Shown one piece after another: positions 1 to 7,853 of a DNA stretch of 19,537 bases (position 1 is the stretch's first letter; every line of letters starts with the position of its first letter). The translations under genes and the position numbers were made by a program. This stretch comes from Dubosiella newyorkensis (GTDB taxonomy: Bacteria; Bacillota_I; Bacilli_A; Erysipelotrichales; Erysipelotrichaceae): contig NZ_MPKA01000022.1 in the NCBI RefSeq assembly GCF_001945605.1, forward strand, positions 1-19,537, written 5' to 3'. The notes beneath the pieces were generated by a model. That model was not told the origin of the DNA. It made no database searches and saw nothing but the letters and a program-made list of their open reading frames with translations.

Positions 1-2
1 TG

Positions 3-284
3 GACAACGGAAGTCTGCCGATGACCAATTCGCTTGCCGAAAGGACGATCCGAAATTTTGCGGTAGGAAGAAACAACTGGCTGTTTTCGGGAAGTCCTAG
101 AGGAGCCAAGGCTTGCGGAGTGCTCTATTCGATCGTAGAAAGCGCCAAAGCCAATGGGCTGATCCCTTACAAATACATCCTTCACCTTTTAAAAGAACTC
201 TCAAGACATGCTGGAAAGCTGACCAGCGAAATACTGGAGGAATGTATGCCTTGGAATCCAAATTTGATCAGCATATGCCAATAA
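3..284 (+). CDS. IS66-family transposase (TnpC), C-terminal fragment, 5' end truncated by the window
   Basis: The frame is open from nt 3: DNGSLPMTNSLAERTIRNFAVGRNNWLFSGSPRGAKA...YSIVESAKANGL.PY.YL. This is the conserved IS66 transposase C-terminal region. The ATG at 21 is internal. Confidence 0.85.
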   Translation, partial: DNGSLPMTNSLAERTIRNFAVGRNNWLFSGSPRGAKACGVLYSIVESAKANGLIPYKYILHLLKELSRHAGKLTSEILEECMPWNPNLISICQ

Positions 285-292
285 AAACAAAG

Positions 293-340
293 ACGCTCAT
301 CGCAGGTAGAGATATTGTCTCTGATTCGATGAGCGTTTTC
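293..340 (+). terminator. Stem-loop after the transposase stop (terminator-like or subterminal IS structure)
   Basis: ACGCTCATCG (293-302) pairs with CGATGAGCGT (327-336). An inner AGAGA/TCTCT stem is present, followed by TTTTC. Confidence 0.4.
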
Positions 341-430
341 TATACGCTGTTTTAATTCCCGCTTACCCTCCACATTCAAAAGATCGGCAAATTCTTGCTT
401 TGTATATTTTTTCATTCTGAATTTTCTTTC

Positions 431-466
431 TAAAAAAACCTAAGCGATGAAGCTTAGGTTTTTTTT
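431..466 (-). terminator. Rho-independent terminator of yloV (symmetric A-run/T-run, bidirectional in form)
   Basis: AACCTAAGC (437-445) pairs with GCTTAGGTT (452-460) around a 6-nt loop. It is flanked by A7 and T8 runs and overlaps the yloV stop at 465-467. Confidence 0.8.
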
Positions 467-2102
467 ATTCAACACCAAGGATAAAGGAATAGACTGGTTG
501 TTCTCCGTTATTGATTTCCACTTCGGCATCGCTGTTTTCTTCGACGAACGCTCCAAGTTCTTCCGCCATTTCTTTAGTCGCATCTTCTCCATAGATGATC
601 GTGACAAGCTCGCTATCTTCATCAAGCATTTTGGAAAGGAGTTCTTTCGAAGCCTGCATACAGTCGTTTTGACAAGCGACGATCGCTTTGCCAAACATTC
701 CCATGTATTGGCCTTTTTTGATTTCCATGCCTTCGTAAGTCGTATCCCGGACAGCATACGTCACTTCTCCCGATTTGACTTGGCTCAAAGCGTTTTCCAT
801 CTCATCCAGGTTGGTCGTCACATCCACATCCGGATTGAACATGATACACGCGCATAAGCCTTGTGGGATCGTCTTGGAAGGAATCACATGAATATCTTGA
901 TCTTCCATGACAGACTGTGCTTGCTGTGCGGCTAGAATGATATTCGAGTTGTTTGGAAGAATGAAAATATGGTCGCAATTCAATTTTTGGATCGCAGAAA
1001 CGAAATCTTCCGTCGATGGATTCATCGTTTGACCGCCTCCGATCACGACATCCGCGCGAAGTTCTTTGAACATGTTCTTGATGCCTTCGCCAGCCGCTAC
1101 CGTAATGATGCCATACTTCTTGTGAGGTTCCTTTTTGATTTCATGATACTCTTCTTCTTCTTTTTCAAGAATATTATCATGCTGATCCTGCATGTTCTCG
1201 ATCTTGAGCTTCATGAAACGGCCTTGACGTTTTCCCATCTTGATCGCTGTCTGTGGCTCGAGCGTATGGACATGGACCTTGACAAGATCGTCATCTTGAA
1301 CGCACACGATCGAATTTCCAATCGTTGCCAGCTCCTTTTTAAAGGAATCTTCAGAGAAGTTGCGGATTCCATGATCCGAAAGATGCAAGATGAATTCTGT
1401 ACAGAATCCATATTCTTGCTCGCCGCCTTCCACTTTCGTTTGGGCCGCCTCTACAGGATTTACTTCCCCTTCACGCGCGATGACTTTTCCTTCCATCGCG
1501 GACAAGAAACCTTCCAAAATGACCAAAAGTCCTTTTCCGCCAGAATCGACAACGCCAACTTCTGCAAGCACTGGCAAGAGCTGCGGCGTCGTATCTAAAG
1601 ATTCTTCCGCTTCCTTGACCATACGAGCCATGACTTTCGTGCAATCTGTCACTTCTTCGCTCATCGTATAGGCATACGTGTAATCCGCCGCTTCTCGAAT
1701 GACTGTCAAGATCGTTCCTTCAACAGGACGCATGACCGCTTTATAAGCGACACGACTACCATTCACAAGCGCATGGGCAAGCTGGGCCGCGTCGATTTGA
1801 TCAAGATCCTTGATTGCTTGATAAAAGCCACGGAAAATTTGCGAAGTAATAACACCTGAATTTCCGCGTGCTCCCATCAATAGTCCTCGAGAAAGCGTTT
1901 TGGCGATCTCGCCTACCGAATCCGTAGGATCTTCTAAAGCCGCATTGACGCCATTCGAAACAGTTAAGAACATATTGGTTCCTGTATCCCCATCTGGTAC
2001 TGGGAATACGTTCAGTGCATCGATTTGAGAAGAATGATTTCCTAAATTATTCATTCCAGAAAGAAGCATTTCTTTAAACAATTTTCCATCGATATATTGC
2101 AT
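465..2102 (-). CDS. yloV: DAK2-domain fusion protein YloV
   Basis: 545 aa. The N-terminus ...FPVPDGDTGTNM... is the Dak2-type motif and the C-terminal half is YloV/DegV-like. An AAGGAG RBS sits 9 nt upstream. The gene lies downstream of asp23, as in Bacillus yloU-yloV. Confidence 0.9.
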   Translation of the reverse strand: MQYIDGKLFKEMLLSGMNNLGNHSSQIDALNVFPVPDGDTGTNMFLTVSNGVNAALEDPTDSVGEIAKTLSRGLLMGARGNSGVITSQIFRGFYQAIKDLDQIDAAQLAHALVNGSRVAYKAVMRPVEGTILTVIREAADYTYAYTMSEEVTDCTKVMARMVKEAEESLDTTPQLLPVLAEVGVVDSGGKGLLVILEGFLSAMEGKVIAREGEVNPVEAAQTKVEGGEQEYGFCTEFILHLSDHGIRNFSEDSFKKELATIGNSIVCVQDDDLVKVHVHTLEPQTAIKMGKRQGRFMKLKIENMQDQHDNILEKEEEEYHEIKKEPHKKYGIITVAAGEGIKNMFKELRADVVIGGGQTMNPSTEDFVSAIQKLNCDHIFILPNNSNIILAAQQAQSVMEDQDIHVIPSKTIPQGLCACIMFNPDVDVTTNLDEMENALSQVKSGEVTYAVRDTTYEGMEIKKGQYMGMFGKAIVACQNDCMQASKELLSKMLDEDSELVTIIYGEDATKEMAEELGAFVEENSDAEVEINNGEQPVYSFILGVE

Positions 2103-2116
2103 AAAAATAGACTCCT

Positions 2117-2476
2117 TTACTTACTCATCCGCACTTCTTGAACATAGATATTGATAGCTTGCACCTTAACTTCCAATGTCTTCTCCAAGACGTATTTTAC
2201 ACGTTTTTGGGCTTCATAGATCACTTCGCCAAGCTTGATTCCTTGCAAAGCAATAATATAAATATCAAGAACAAGTCCATCCTCGTTTTGACGAACGACG
2301 ATGCCCTTTGAATAATTATCGCGTTTTAAAAGCTCTGCCAAACCATCTTTCAATAGTTTTTGAGAAGCCATTCCAACGATTCCATAGCATTCCGTGATCG
2401 TTCCTCCCGCGAGTGAAGCGATCGCATCGAGCGAAATTTGGATGTTTCCAAATTCAGTTGATTTATAAATAGGCAT
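2117..2476 (-). CDS. yloU: Asp23/Gls24-family (alkaline shock protein-like) protein
   Basis: 119 aa with ...ISLDAIASLAGGTITECYGIVGM..., typical of the Asp23 family. A CAGGAGG RBS lies upstream. Confidence 0.88.
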   Translation of the reverse strand: MPIYKSTEFGNIQISLDAIASLAGGTITECYGIVGMASQKLLKDGLAELLKRDNYSKGIVVRQNEDGLVLDIYIIALQGIKLGEVIYEAQKRVKYVLEKTLEVKVQAINIYVQEVRMSK

Positions 2477-2502
2477 AAAGTACCTCCTGTTTGCTATAGC
2501 AC

Positions 2503-2511
2503 ATTATAGCA
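2503..2511 (-). promoter_or_regulatory. Extended -10 element (TGcTATAAT) for yloU-yloV
   Basis: The minus strand reads catGCTATAATgtgcTATAGC. TGn+TATAAT lies about 27 nt upstream of the yloU ATG. The -10 sits inside a 6-bp inverted repeat, GCTATA..TATAGC. No good -35 was seen. Confidence 0.4.
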
Positions 2512-2537
2512 TGTCTTTAAAATTAAACTACAAATAT

Positions 2538-3608
2538 TTACTCAGTCAGGATAAAACCTTGACTTTCATCCCATATATAATATGACCCTGTCGCTGGATC
2601 CTGGTAAAGATTTAAGCTTTGGGAATACAAATATCCACTATCCGGCATCAAGATCCAGTCTTCCTCGGTGTCCACCTGCTCTTCGACCTCATTTTCAGGA
2701 TCCTCTTCGCTGATCGGCTCTTCTTGCTCTTGCGAACTTGATTCTGGATCCTCTTGTTGGCCGCTCTCTTCTTGTTCTTGCTGTTTCTTAGCTTCTTCTT
2801 CCGCTCTTTTTTGCGCTTGAGCTTCTTCCTTTTTACGGGCTTCTTCTTCTTTCCGTTTTGCTTCTCTTTCTTCTAAAGACATGTTGAGATATGTGCAATC
2901 CAATTTATTGATCGAAGAGTTTTGCGCATCCAAGACTAGGCAGACCGATTGGCCTTTCAGCTGCGAAAGCATATCTTTATAATGTGACATCATCATAAGG
3001 TCTGGAATACTTGTATAGACCATATTTCCATCTTGCATCGTGATCTTAAGCATATTTTGATCGTACGAAGTCGAATACGGAACGATTTCCGCGATCTTTT
3101 CCACGACCTCACGCGTCAAAAGCGTCTCATATTTTTCAAACTCTTTCCAGATCCGCTCTAACTGTTCATCGTTAAAATCACTCAATAAAGGAAAATGAAT
3201 AATATTTTTTAGATATTTTTCATCCAGCAAGATCGATTCGCCTTTGTTTGTCAGCATATAGTTTTTTCCATCCTTGACATAATATCCAATGACTGTTTTT
3301 TCTTGAATATCGATCAAGATCGAATCATTCTTTTTTTTGACTGAGACAGATTCGATCAGAGGATCCGCCTTCAATCGATTCTCGATCAAAAATTTGGGAG
3401 TCAGCCAATAGCGGGAAGCCGAGTTCACTTTGGCAATATCGAGCACTTGCTGATCCGTATAGTAATAATTTCCTGTTGCTGCGCTGACCTTCACTCGAGA
3501 ATCCAGCGAAAAATAATAGATCAAAAAGCTCGAGATCAACATGAGAACAACGCAAAGGCACGCGCTCATTTTAAGACTTAGCGTCTTTTTCTTCGTCTTC
3601 TTTTTCAT
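2538..3608 (-). CDS. divIB: Cell-division protein DivIB/FtsQ with a long charged C-terminal extension
   Basis: It has a basic N-terminus and a single TM segment (CLCVVLMLISSFLIYYF). A POTRA-like region follows (YYTDQQVLDIAKV...LIESVSVKKKNDSILIDIQEK). It lies downstream of murG-murB as in dcw clusters. The start at 3608 overlaps murB by 38 nt. An alternative ATG at 3569 cannot be excluded. Confidence 0.85.
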   Translation of the reverse strand: MKKKTKKKTLSLKMSACLCVVLMLISSFLIYYFSLDSRVKVSAATGNYYYTDQQVLDIAKVNSASRYWLTPKFLIENRLKADPLIESVSVKKKNDSILIDIQEKTVIGYYVKDGKNYMLTNKGESILLDEKYLKNIIHFPLLSDFNDEQLERIWKEFEKYETLLTREVVEKIAEIVPYSTSYDQNMLKITMQDGNMVYTSIPDLMMMSHYKDMLSQLKGQSVCLVLDAQNSSINKLDCTYLNMSLEEREAKRKEEEARKKEEAQAQKRAEEEAKKQQEQEESGQQEDPESSSQEQEEPISEEDPENEVEEQVDTEEDWILMPDSGYLYSQSLNLYQDPATGSYYIWDESQGFILTE

Positions 3609-4506
3609 TCCAATTTAAATATTCCACTTCTTGAATCAAATCGATCCCGAATTTCTCTTTCGCTCGGATCTGTACGCATTCGATCAAACGATGCACATCT
3701 TCCGCCTTGGCTTCTCCGCAATTGACAATAAAATTGCTGTGCTTTTTGGAAATCATCGCATCCCCGATCCGTTTTCCACGCAAGCCTAGCTCATCGATGA
3801 TCTTCCAGGCTGGCATCTCTTTTGGATTCCGGAACACGCTTCCCGCGCAAGGCTGATCGAGAGGCTGTGTTTGCATACGGCGCGAGCGCCTTGAATTCAT
3901 GAGTTGGCGGATCTCCTCTTGTTCTTTTGGGATCAGCTGAAAACAGCCCGCTAAAATCGTCCAGTCTCGATGTTTTTGAAACAAAGAATGCCGATAATCG
4001 TATTCGAGATCTTCCTTATCGAGCCACACGATCTCCCCATCTTTCAAAACGAGCACTTTGACCAAAACATTCGAAAGGTTGGAATTATAGGCTCCTGCAT
4101 TCATAAACAATCCGCCACCAACAGATCCTGGGATCCCTGAAGCGAATTCGAGCCCGCTCAAAGAATGACGCATCGCCTCCATTGCTAGATTGATGAGCGA
4201 ACATCCTGCTTGCGCGATCAACAATCCATTCGGTTCAAAATAAAACTCATTCAAGGTTTGATCTAAATTGATGATCGCTCCATGAAAATGGGAATCATGA
4301 AAAAGAAGATTGGACCCTCTTCCTAAAATATAGTATGGGATCGCTTCTTCTTTTAAGATCTCTAAAAGCCGGATCAGAGCGAGCTCGTTTTTAGGATATA
4401 TATAATAATCAACGATCCCGCCTATACGATAAGTAGTATGCTGTTTCATCGATTCATCGATCTTAACTTTTCCAAAAGGTTTTATTCGCTCTAATATCCT
4501 ATCCAT
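3571..4506 (-). CDS. murB: UDP-N-acetylenolpyruvoylglucosamine reductase MurB
   Basis: 311 aa with ...HTTYRIGG...ILGRGSNLLF...AGSVFRNP... conserved MurB motifs. Confidence 0.93.
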   Translation of the reverse strand: MDRILERIKPFGKVKIDESMKQHTTYRIGGIVDYYIYPKNELALIRLLEILKEEAIPYYILGRGSNLLFHDSHFHGAIINLDQTLNEFYFEPNGLLIAQAGCSLINLAMEAMRHSLSGLEFASGIPGSVGGGLFMNAGAYNSNLSNVLVKVLVLKDGEIVWLDKEDLEYDYRHSLFQKHRDWTILAGCFQLIPKEQEEIRQLMNSRRSRRMQTQPLDQPCAGSVFRNPKEMPAWKIIDELGLRGKRIGDAMISKKHSNFIVNCGEAKAEDVHRLIECVQIRAKEKFGIDLIQEVEYLNWNEKEDEEKDAKS

Positions 4507-4516
4507 ATGCTTCCCC

Positions 4517-5593
4517 TTATTTCATTAGCGTATACGCGTACTCGACTAGATCATAAGCCGCATCGCCTTTTCCCATCTTAAATGCCTTATCCGATATCGA
4601 GTTTCGATTTTCTTCATTAAGAAATGTCTTGGCAAAAGCCGCTTTCAGAGTTTCTTGATTCAGATCCTTTTCTTCGATCATGCTTGCAGCCCCTCGATCC
4701 ACAAGCATTTTCGCGTTGTAGTATTGATGATTGTTTGCGACATAGGGACTTGGGATCAAAATAGCCGGGATCCCTAAAGCAGTAAGTTCTGCAATCGTTG
4801 TCGCGCCCGCCCTACAAATCATGCCATCGATCTTTCCGTAGATTTTGAGCGTATCTACATAAGGAACGACATGTACGTTTTCATTTCCTTTGAATAGATC
4901 TAAATCTTCTGAATTATCTTTTCCACAAACATAGAGGATTTGAAAATCTTGAGGAATGCCTTGAAGCGCTTCTTTCATCAAAGCGTTGATCGACGACGAT
5001 CCCAAGCTTCCCATCATGATCAAGATCGTCTTTTTATCGTCGCTCAGTCCCAAAGAGTGGAAATAGCTTAGGTCTACATTGGCTTCCTTGGCGATCGTCG
5101 CTCTAGGATTTCCAAATTTCTTGATCTTGTCCTTCGGGAAAACTTCATCGCATTTATCATAACAAGTGACGATCCCGTCGGCTTTTTTCATGACGAGCTT
5201 GTTCGATTTTCCAACAATGGAATTTTGTTCATGAATGATCGTAGGGATATCAAGCGATTGAGCGGCCATCATAACAGGTGCGCTGACATAGCCTCCAAAT
5301 CCGATAACTAGATCAGCCTTGAATTCTTTTAAATACTCTTTTGCTTTTTGTTGAGCCCGCATCATCTGCAAGATCGCCTTCGCTTTGGATCCAAGCGATC
5401 CTACTAAGCCAGAAGTGTGCAAAGAACGAAACGGATATCCATAGCTTGGGATCAGATCTGCTTCCATTCTGTCGTCATTTCCAATGAACATGATCTCATC
5501 ATTTGGATGCATTTGTTTAACTTTTGAAGCGAACGCTAAAGCCGGATAAATATGGCCCCCTGTTCCGCCTGTTACGATACATATATGTTTCAC
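4517..5593 (-). CDS. murG: Lipid II synthase MurG (undecaprenyl-PP-MurNAc-pentapeptide GlcNAc transferase)
   Basis: 358 aa with the N-terminal TGGTGGHIYPALA motif. It uses a GTG start 8 nt after a GGAGGA RBS that lies inside the last codons of srtB. Confidence 0.93.
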   Translation of the reverse strand: MKHICIVTGGTGGHIYPALAFASKVKQMHPNDEIMFIGNDDRMEADLIPSYGYPFRSLHTSGLVGSLGSKAKAILQMMRAQQKAKEYLKEFKADLVIGFGGYVSAPVMMAAQSLDIPTIIHEQNSIVGKSNKLVMKKADGIVTCYDKCDEVFPKDKIKKFGNPRATIAKEANVDLSYFHSLGLSDDKKTILIMMGSLGSSSINALMKEALQGIPQDFQILYVCGKDNSEDLDLFKGNENVHVVPYVDTLKIYGKIDGMICRAGATTIAELTALGIPAILIPSPYVANNHQYYNAKMLVDRGAASMIEEKDLNQETLKAAFAKTFLNEENRNSISDKAFKMGKGDAAYDLVEYAYTLMK

Positions 5594-5597
5594 AATT

Positions 5598-6344
5598 TTA
5601 TTCCTCCATTTGAATCGGCTCTGTCGTTGGTTCCATGACCCCCACTAGAACAAGTCGATTGATTGAATCAAAGCCATAATCTAGATCACATGTCGAAAGA
5701 GTGATGAAGTGTTTGCCTTCGACAGGAATATTTCGTGAATACGTCGCTTGAGAGATCATTTCGTTCGCGTGTTCTGTTGTTTGTGTCAAGTCGTATTTTG
5801 TATAGAACGATGTTCCTTCTGTCGTTTTGGAGAAGGCCAAGACATCGCATTTGTAGTTTTGACTCGGTGTCAACACATAAAAAACAGGATGGGTTTCAAA
5901 AAAAGAGGCGTCCTCGAATCGGTCCATGGAGGTGAACATTCCGCCTCCTTCCACGGAATGTCCATAGACGACATTGTTTTCGTCAGAAAAATCAGGAGCG
6001 GCCCCTGCATCTAAAAAGATCGATCCGCGAATATTGGTTTCGCCTAGCGTTGTATGGTTCAAGTAATACGTGTTGTCGCTTCCTTGAACGATCGGAAAAG
6101 AGACAGAATCGAGTCCTGGTACATAGACCCAGCCCACCACATCAGGAGCGCTCTGTTTTAAAGCGGTCCAATCGATCGTCAACGTCTTGTTGGCGTTGTC
6201 CTCGATTTTGGCGATCTCTTGTAGTTTTTCATTTTCCTGATCGATCATTTTTGATTCTTTATATATTTTATAGAGTTGAAAGGCGCTGAAGCTGAATACA
6301 CAGATCGCAGCCAGCAGCACGATACGGTAGATCCATTTTTTCAT
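5598..6344 (-). CDS. srtB: Class B sortase
   Basis: It has an N-terminal TM anchor (WIYRIVLLAAICVFSFSAF). Other motifs are VVGWVYVPGLDSVSFPIVQG.DN.YYL, VYGH and the catalytic TLSTC. The tracked ORF start at 6416 lies inside the nagB terminator, so the ATG at 6344 (MKKWIY...) is preferred. The ATG at 6362 is also possible. Confidence 0.85.
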   Translation of the reverse strand: MKKWIYRIVLLAAICVFSFSAFQLYKIYKESKMIDQENEKLQEIAKIEDNANKTLTIDWTALKQSAPDVVGWVYVPGLDSVSFPIVQGSDNTYYLNHTTLGETNIRGSIFLDAGAAPDFSDENNVVYGHSVEGGGMFTSMDRFEDASFFETHPVFYVLTPSQNYKCDVLAFSKTTEGTSFYTKYDLTQTTEHANEMISQATYSRNIPVEGKHFITLSTCDLDYGFDSINRLVLVGVMEPTTEPIQMEE

Positions 6345-6390
6345 GTCCTTATCATAAAGCATTTCGCCAATTAAATACAAGCACTTCTCA

Positions 6391-6419
6391 GAAACGAAAA
6401 AGAGTGCGCTATGCACTCT
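6391..6419 (-). terminator. Rho-independent terminator after nagB
   Basis: AGAGTGC (6401-6407) pairs with GCACTCT (6413-6419) around a 5-nt loop. On the minus strand it is followed by TTTTTCGTTTC. It lies 7 nt after the nagB stop. Confidence 0.7.
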
Positions 6420-6425
6420 CTTGAA

Positions 6426-7142
6426 TTACTTCGATAATTTGCTGGCCGCTTCTTTGTCGATGAATACGATCACATCGGGATGCTTTTGAAGAACAGAAGC
6501 TGGGCATTCGATATTGACATCGCCTTCGATCATCGCTTTGAGCGCGTCGGCTTTATTCGCTCCATTGGCTACGAGCAAGATCTTTTTCGCCTTCATGATC
6601 GTGCCGATTCCTTGTGTGATCGCTTGCGTTGGTACCTTGTTGATGTCATTGTCAAAGAAGCGCGCGTTTGCTTCCCTCGTGTTTTCTGTAAGATCAACGA
6701 TATGAGTTGGTTCATCGAATGGTGTGCCTGGCTCATTGAAGCCGATATGACCATTTTGCCCGATTCCAAGAACTTGGATATCGACGCCATTGACCGCGTC
6801 TTCATACTTTTCGCAATCTTCTTTTGTGTTTCCATAAGGAACATGCGTATTGTTTGGATCGATATCGATGCCCGAGAACAAATTCTCATTCATAAACGTG
6901 TAATACGATTGAGGATCCTTACGATCGATTCCAACATACTCATCCAAATTATAAGTAGACACATCTTTATAACTTGTTCCATTTTCTTTATGATCTTTGA
7001 TCATATCTTGATACATGCCAACTGGCGAAGAACCTGTGGCTAGACCCAATACAGAATTTGGTTTTTCGACCACTTGTTCCTTAATGACTTCAAATGCTTT
7101 ATTCGAAAGATCATCATAATTTTCGCAAACAACTACTTTCAT
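6426..7142 (-). CDS. nagB: Glucosamine-6-phosphate deaminase NagB
   Basis: MKVVVCENYDDLS...LGLATGSSP...LDEY.G...GIG.NGHIGFNEPG.... An AAGGAG RBS lies 8 nt upstream of the ATG at 7142. The GTG at 7151 in the ORF track falls inside the RBS spacer. Confidence 0.93.
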   Translation of the reverse strand: MKVVVCENYDDLSNKAFEVIKEQVVEKPNSVLGLATGSSPVGMYQDMIKDHKENGTSYKDVSTYNLDEYVGIDRKDPQSYYTFMNENLFSGIDIDPNNTHVPYGNTKEDCEKYEDAVNGVDIQVLGIGQNGHIGFNEPGTPFDEPTHIVDLTENTREANARFFDNDINKVPTQAITQGIGTIMKAKKILLVANGANKADALKAMIEGDVNIECPASVLQKHPDVIVFIDKEAASKLSK

Positions 7143-7202
7143 ACTTAACACTCCTTTTTCTTGATTCTATTGTATCATGTTCGATAGAAATATCTACAAT
7201 TC

Positions 7203-7216
7203 TTGGTAAATACCAA
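7203..7216. promoter_or_regulatory. Perfect palindrome TTGGTAAATACCAA upstream of the nagB promoter (candidate GntR/HutC NagR-type operator)
   Basis: The TGGT-N4-ACCA core resembles the NagR/DasR dre half-site arrangement. It sits just upstream of the nagB extended -10 (TGaTACAAT, 7169-7177, minus strand). Confidence 0.35.
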
Positions 7217-7230
7217 TAAGATGAACTTAG

Positions 7231-7264
7231 AAAGAAAAAAGAATGGCTTCCTTGCCATTCTTTT
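7231..7264 (-). terminator. Rho-independent terminator after PTS EIIB
   Basis: AAGAATGGC (7239-7247) pairs with GCCATTCTT (7254-7262) around a 6-nt loop. A T-rich tract follows on the minus strand. Confidence 0.8.
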
Positions 7265-7269
7265 CGACC

Positions 7270-7749
7270 TTAAGCGCTTAACAGTTCGTCTGCGTTTGCT
7301 GGAACAGTATTCGGAACGCTTTGCACATTCAAATGAACCCCTTGATCATGCAAAGCTTTAAAAGCGTCGACTTCCTTTTGATCCACATATACAGATGGGC
7401 TGACTTCTTTTTTTCCTTCTGCTTTTGGCAAATTACCGACATTTACATCTTGGATCTCGATTCCCCCGTCGATCAATGTCAATACATCTTTTGGATCCGT
7501 CACTAAAATCATGATCTTTTCTTCAGATGCAGCTTCTTGGATCGCCTTGATCCCATCCTTCAGCGTATAATAACGCGTTTTCGCGTTGGCAGGAGCGATC
7601 ATGTTCATAAGCTCTTGCTTGAATGGATCCTTCGCTACCTCGTCATTTAAAACGAACACCGTATTCGCTCCTGTTTTAGCGATCCATTGAGTCGCTACTT
7701 GCCCATGAATCAATCGATCATCGATTCGTGTTAAAACAATTTCAGCCAT
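7270..7749 (-). CDS. PTS mannose/sorbose/N-acetylgalactosamine-family EIIB component
   Basis: 159 aa with N-terminal LTRIDDRLIHGQVATQW, the phospho-His motif of Man-family EIIB. Confidence 0.9.
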   Translation of the reverse strand: MAEIVLTRIDDRLIHGQVATQWIAKTGANTVFVLNDEVAKDPFKQELMNMIAPANAKTRYYTLKDGIKAIQEAASEEKIMILVTDPKDVLTLIDGGIEIQDVNVGNLPKAEGKKEVSPSVYVDQKEVDAFKALHDQGVHLNVQSVPNTVPANADELLSA

Positions 7750-7853
7750 AGATTCTCCCTTCTTCCTTTAAAATTATGGTTTCCACTTATAGTTTGATTT
7801 TACCACTTTTCCTTTATTTGAGTAAACCATTCTTTGTTTTTCAACAAAATCGA

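Larger units (their letters stand above)
1..366 (+). mobile_element. Right-hand end of an IS66-family insertion sequence (left part lies outside the window)
   Basis: It contains the transposase C-terminus. The plus strand ends ...AATTCCCGCTTAC at 366, whose reverse complement GTAAGCGGGAATT matches the GTAAGCG start typical of IS66-family terminal inverted repeats. The boundary is inferred from one end only. Confidence 0.7.

Noticed and set aside
113-355. 80-aa plus-strand ORF overlapping the IS66 transposase tail in another frame
   Set aside because: The overlapping frame (3-284) has a clear IS66 transposase signature. This frame has no RBS and an implausible composition.
447-1671. Plus-strand ORFs (447-857, 969-1598, 1390-1671) and a 66-aa minus-strand off-frame ORF inside yloV
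   Set aside because: These are shadow ORFs, antisense or out of frame to a confidently identified 545-aa YloV gene. Their F/R/S-rich compositions are odd and they have no RBS.
3571-3608. 38-nt overlap of murB and divIB, considered as a possible frameshift or pseudogene signal
   Set aside because: Both proteins are full length with intact conserved ends. The overlap depends only on the choice of divIB start. An ATG at 3569 would make the genes abut, so this is an annotation ambiguity and not a lesion.
6345-6416. N-terminal extension of the sortase ORF (MHSALFFVSEKCLYLIGEMLYDKD)
   Set aside because: The GTG at 6416 lies inside the stem of the nagB terminator. The extension precedes the basic-TM signal-anchor, which starts at MKKW.
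6480-7043. 187-aa plus-strand ORF and other ORFs antisense to nagB
   Set aside because: They lie opposite a well-supported NagB gene. There is no start context and the sequence is low-complexity I/F/R-rich.
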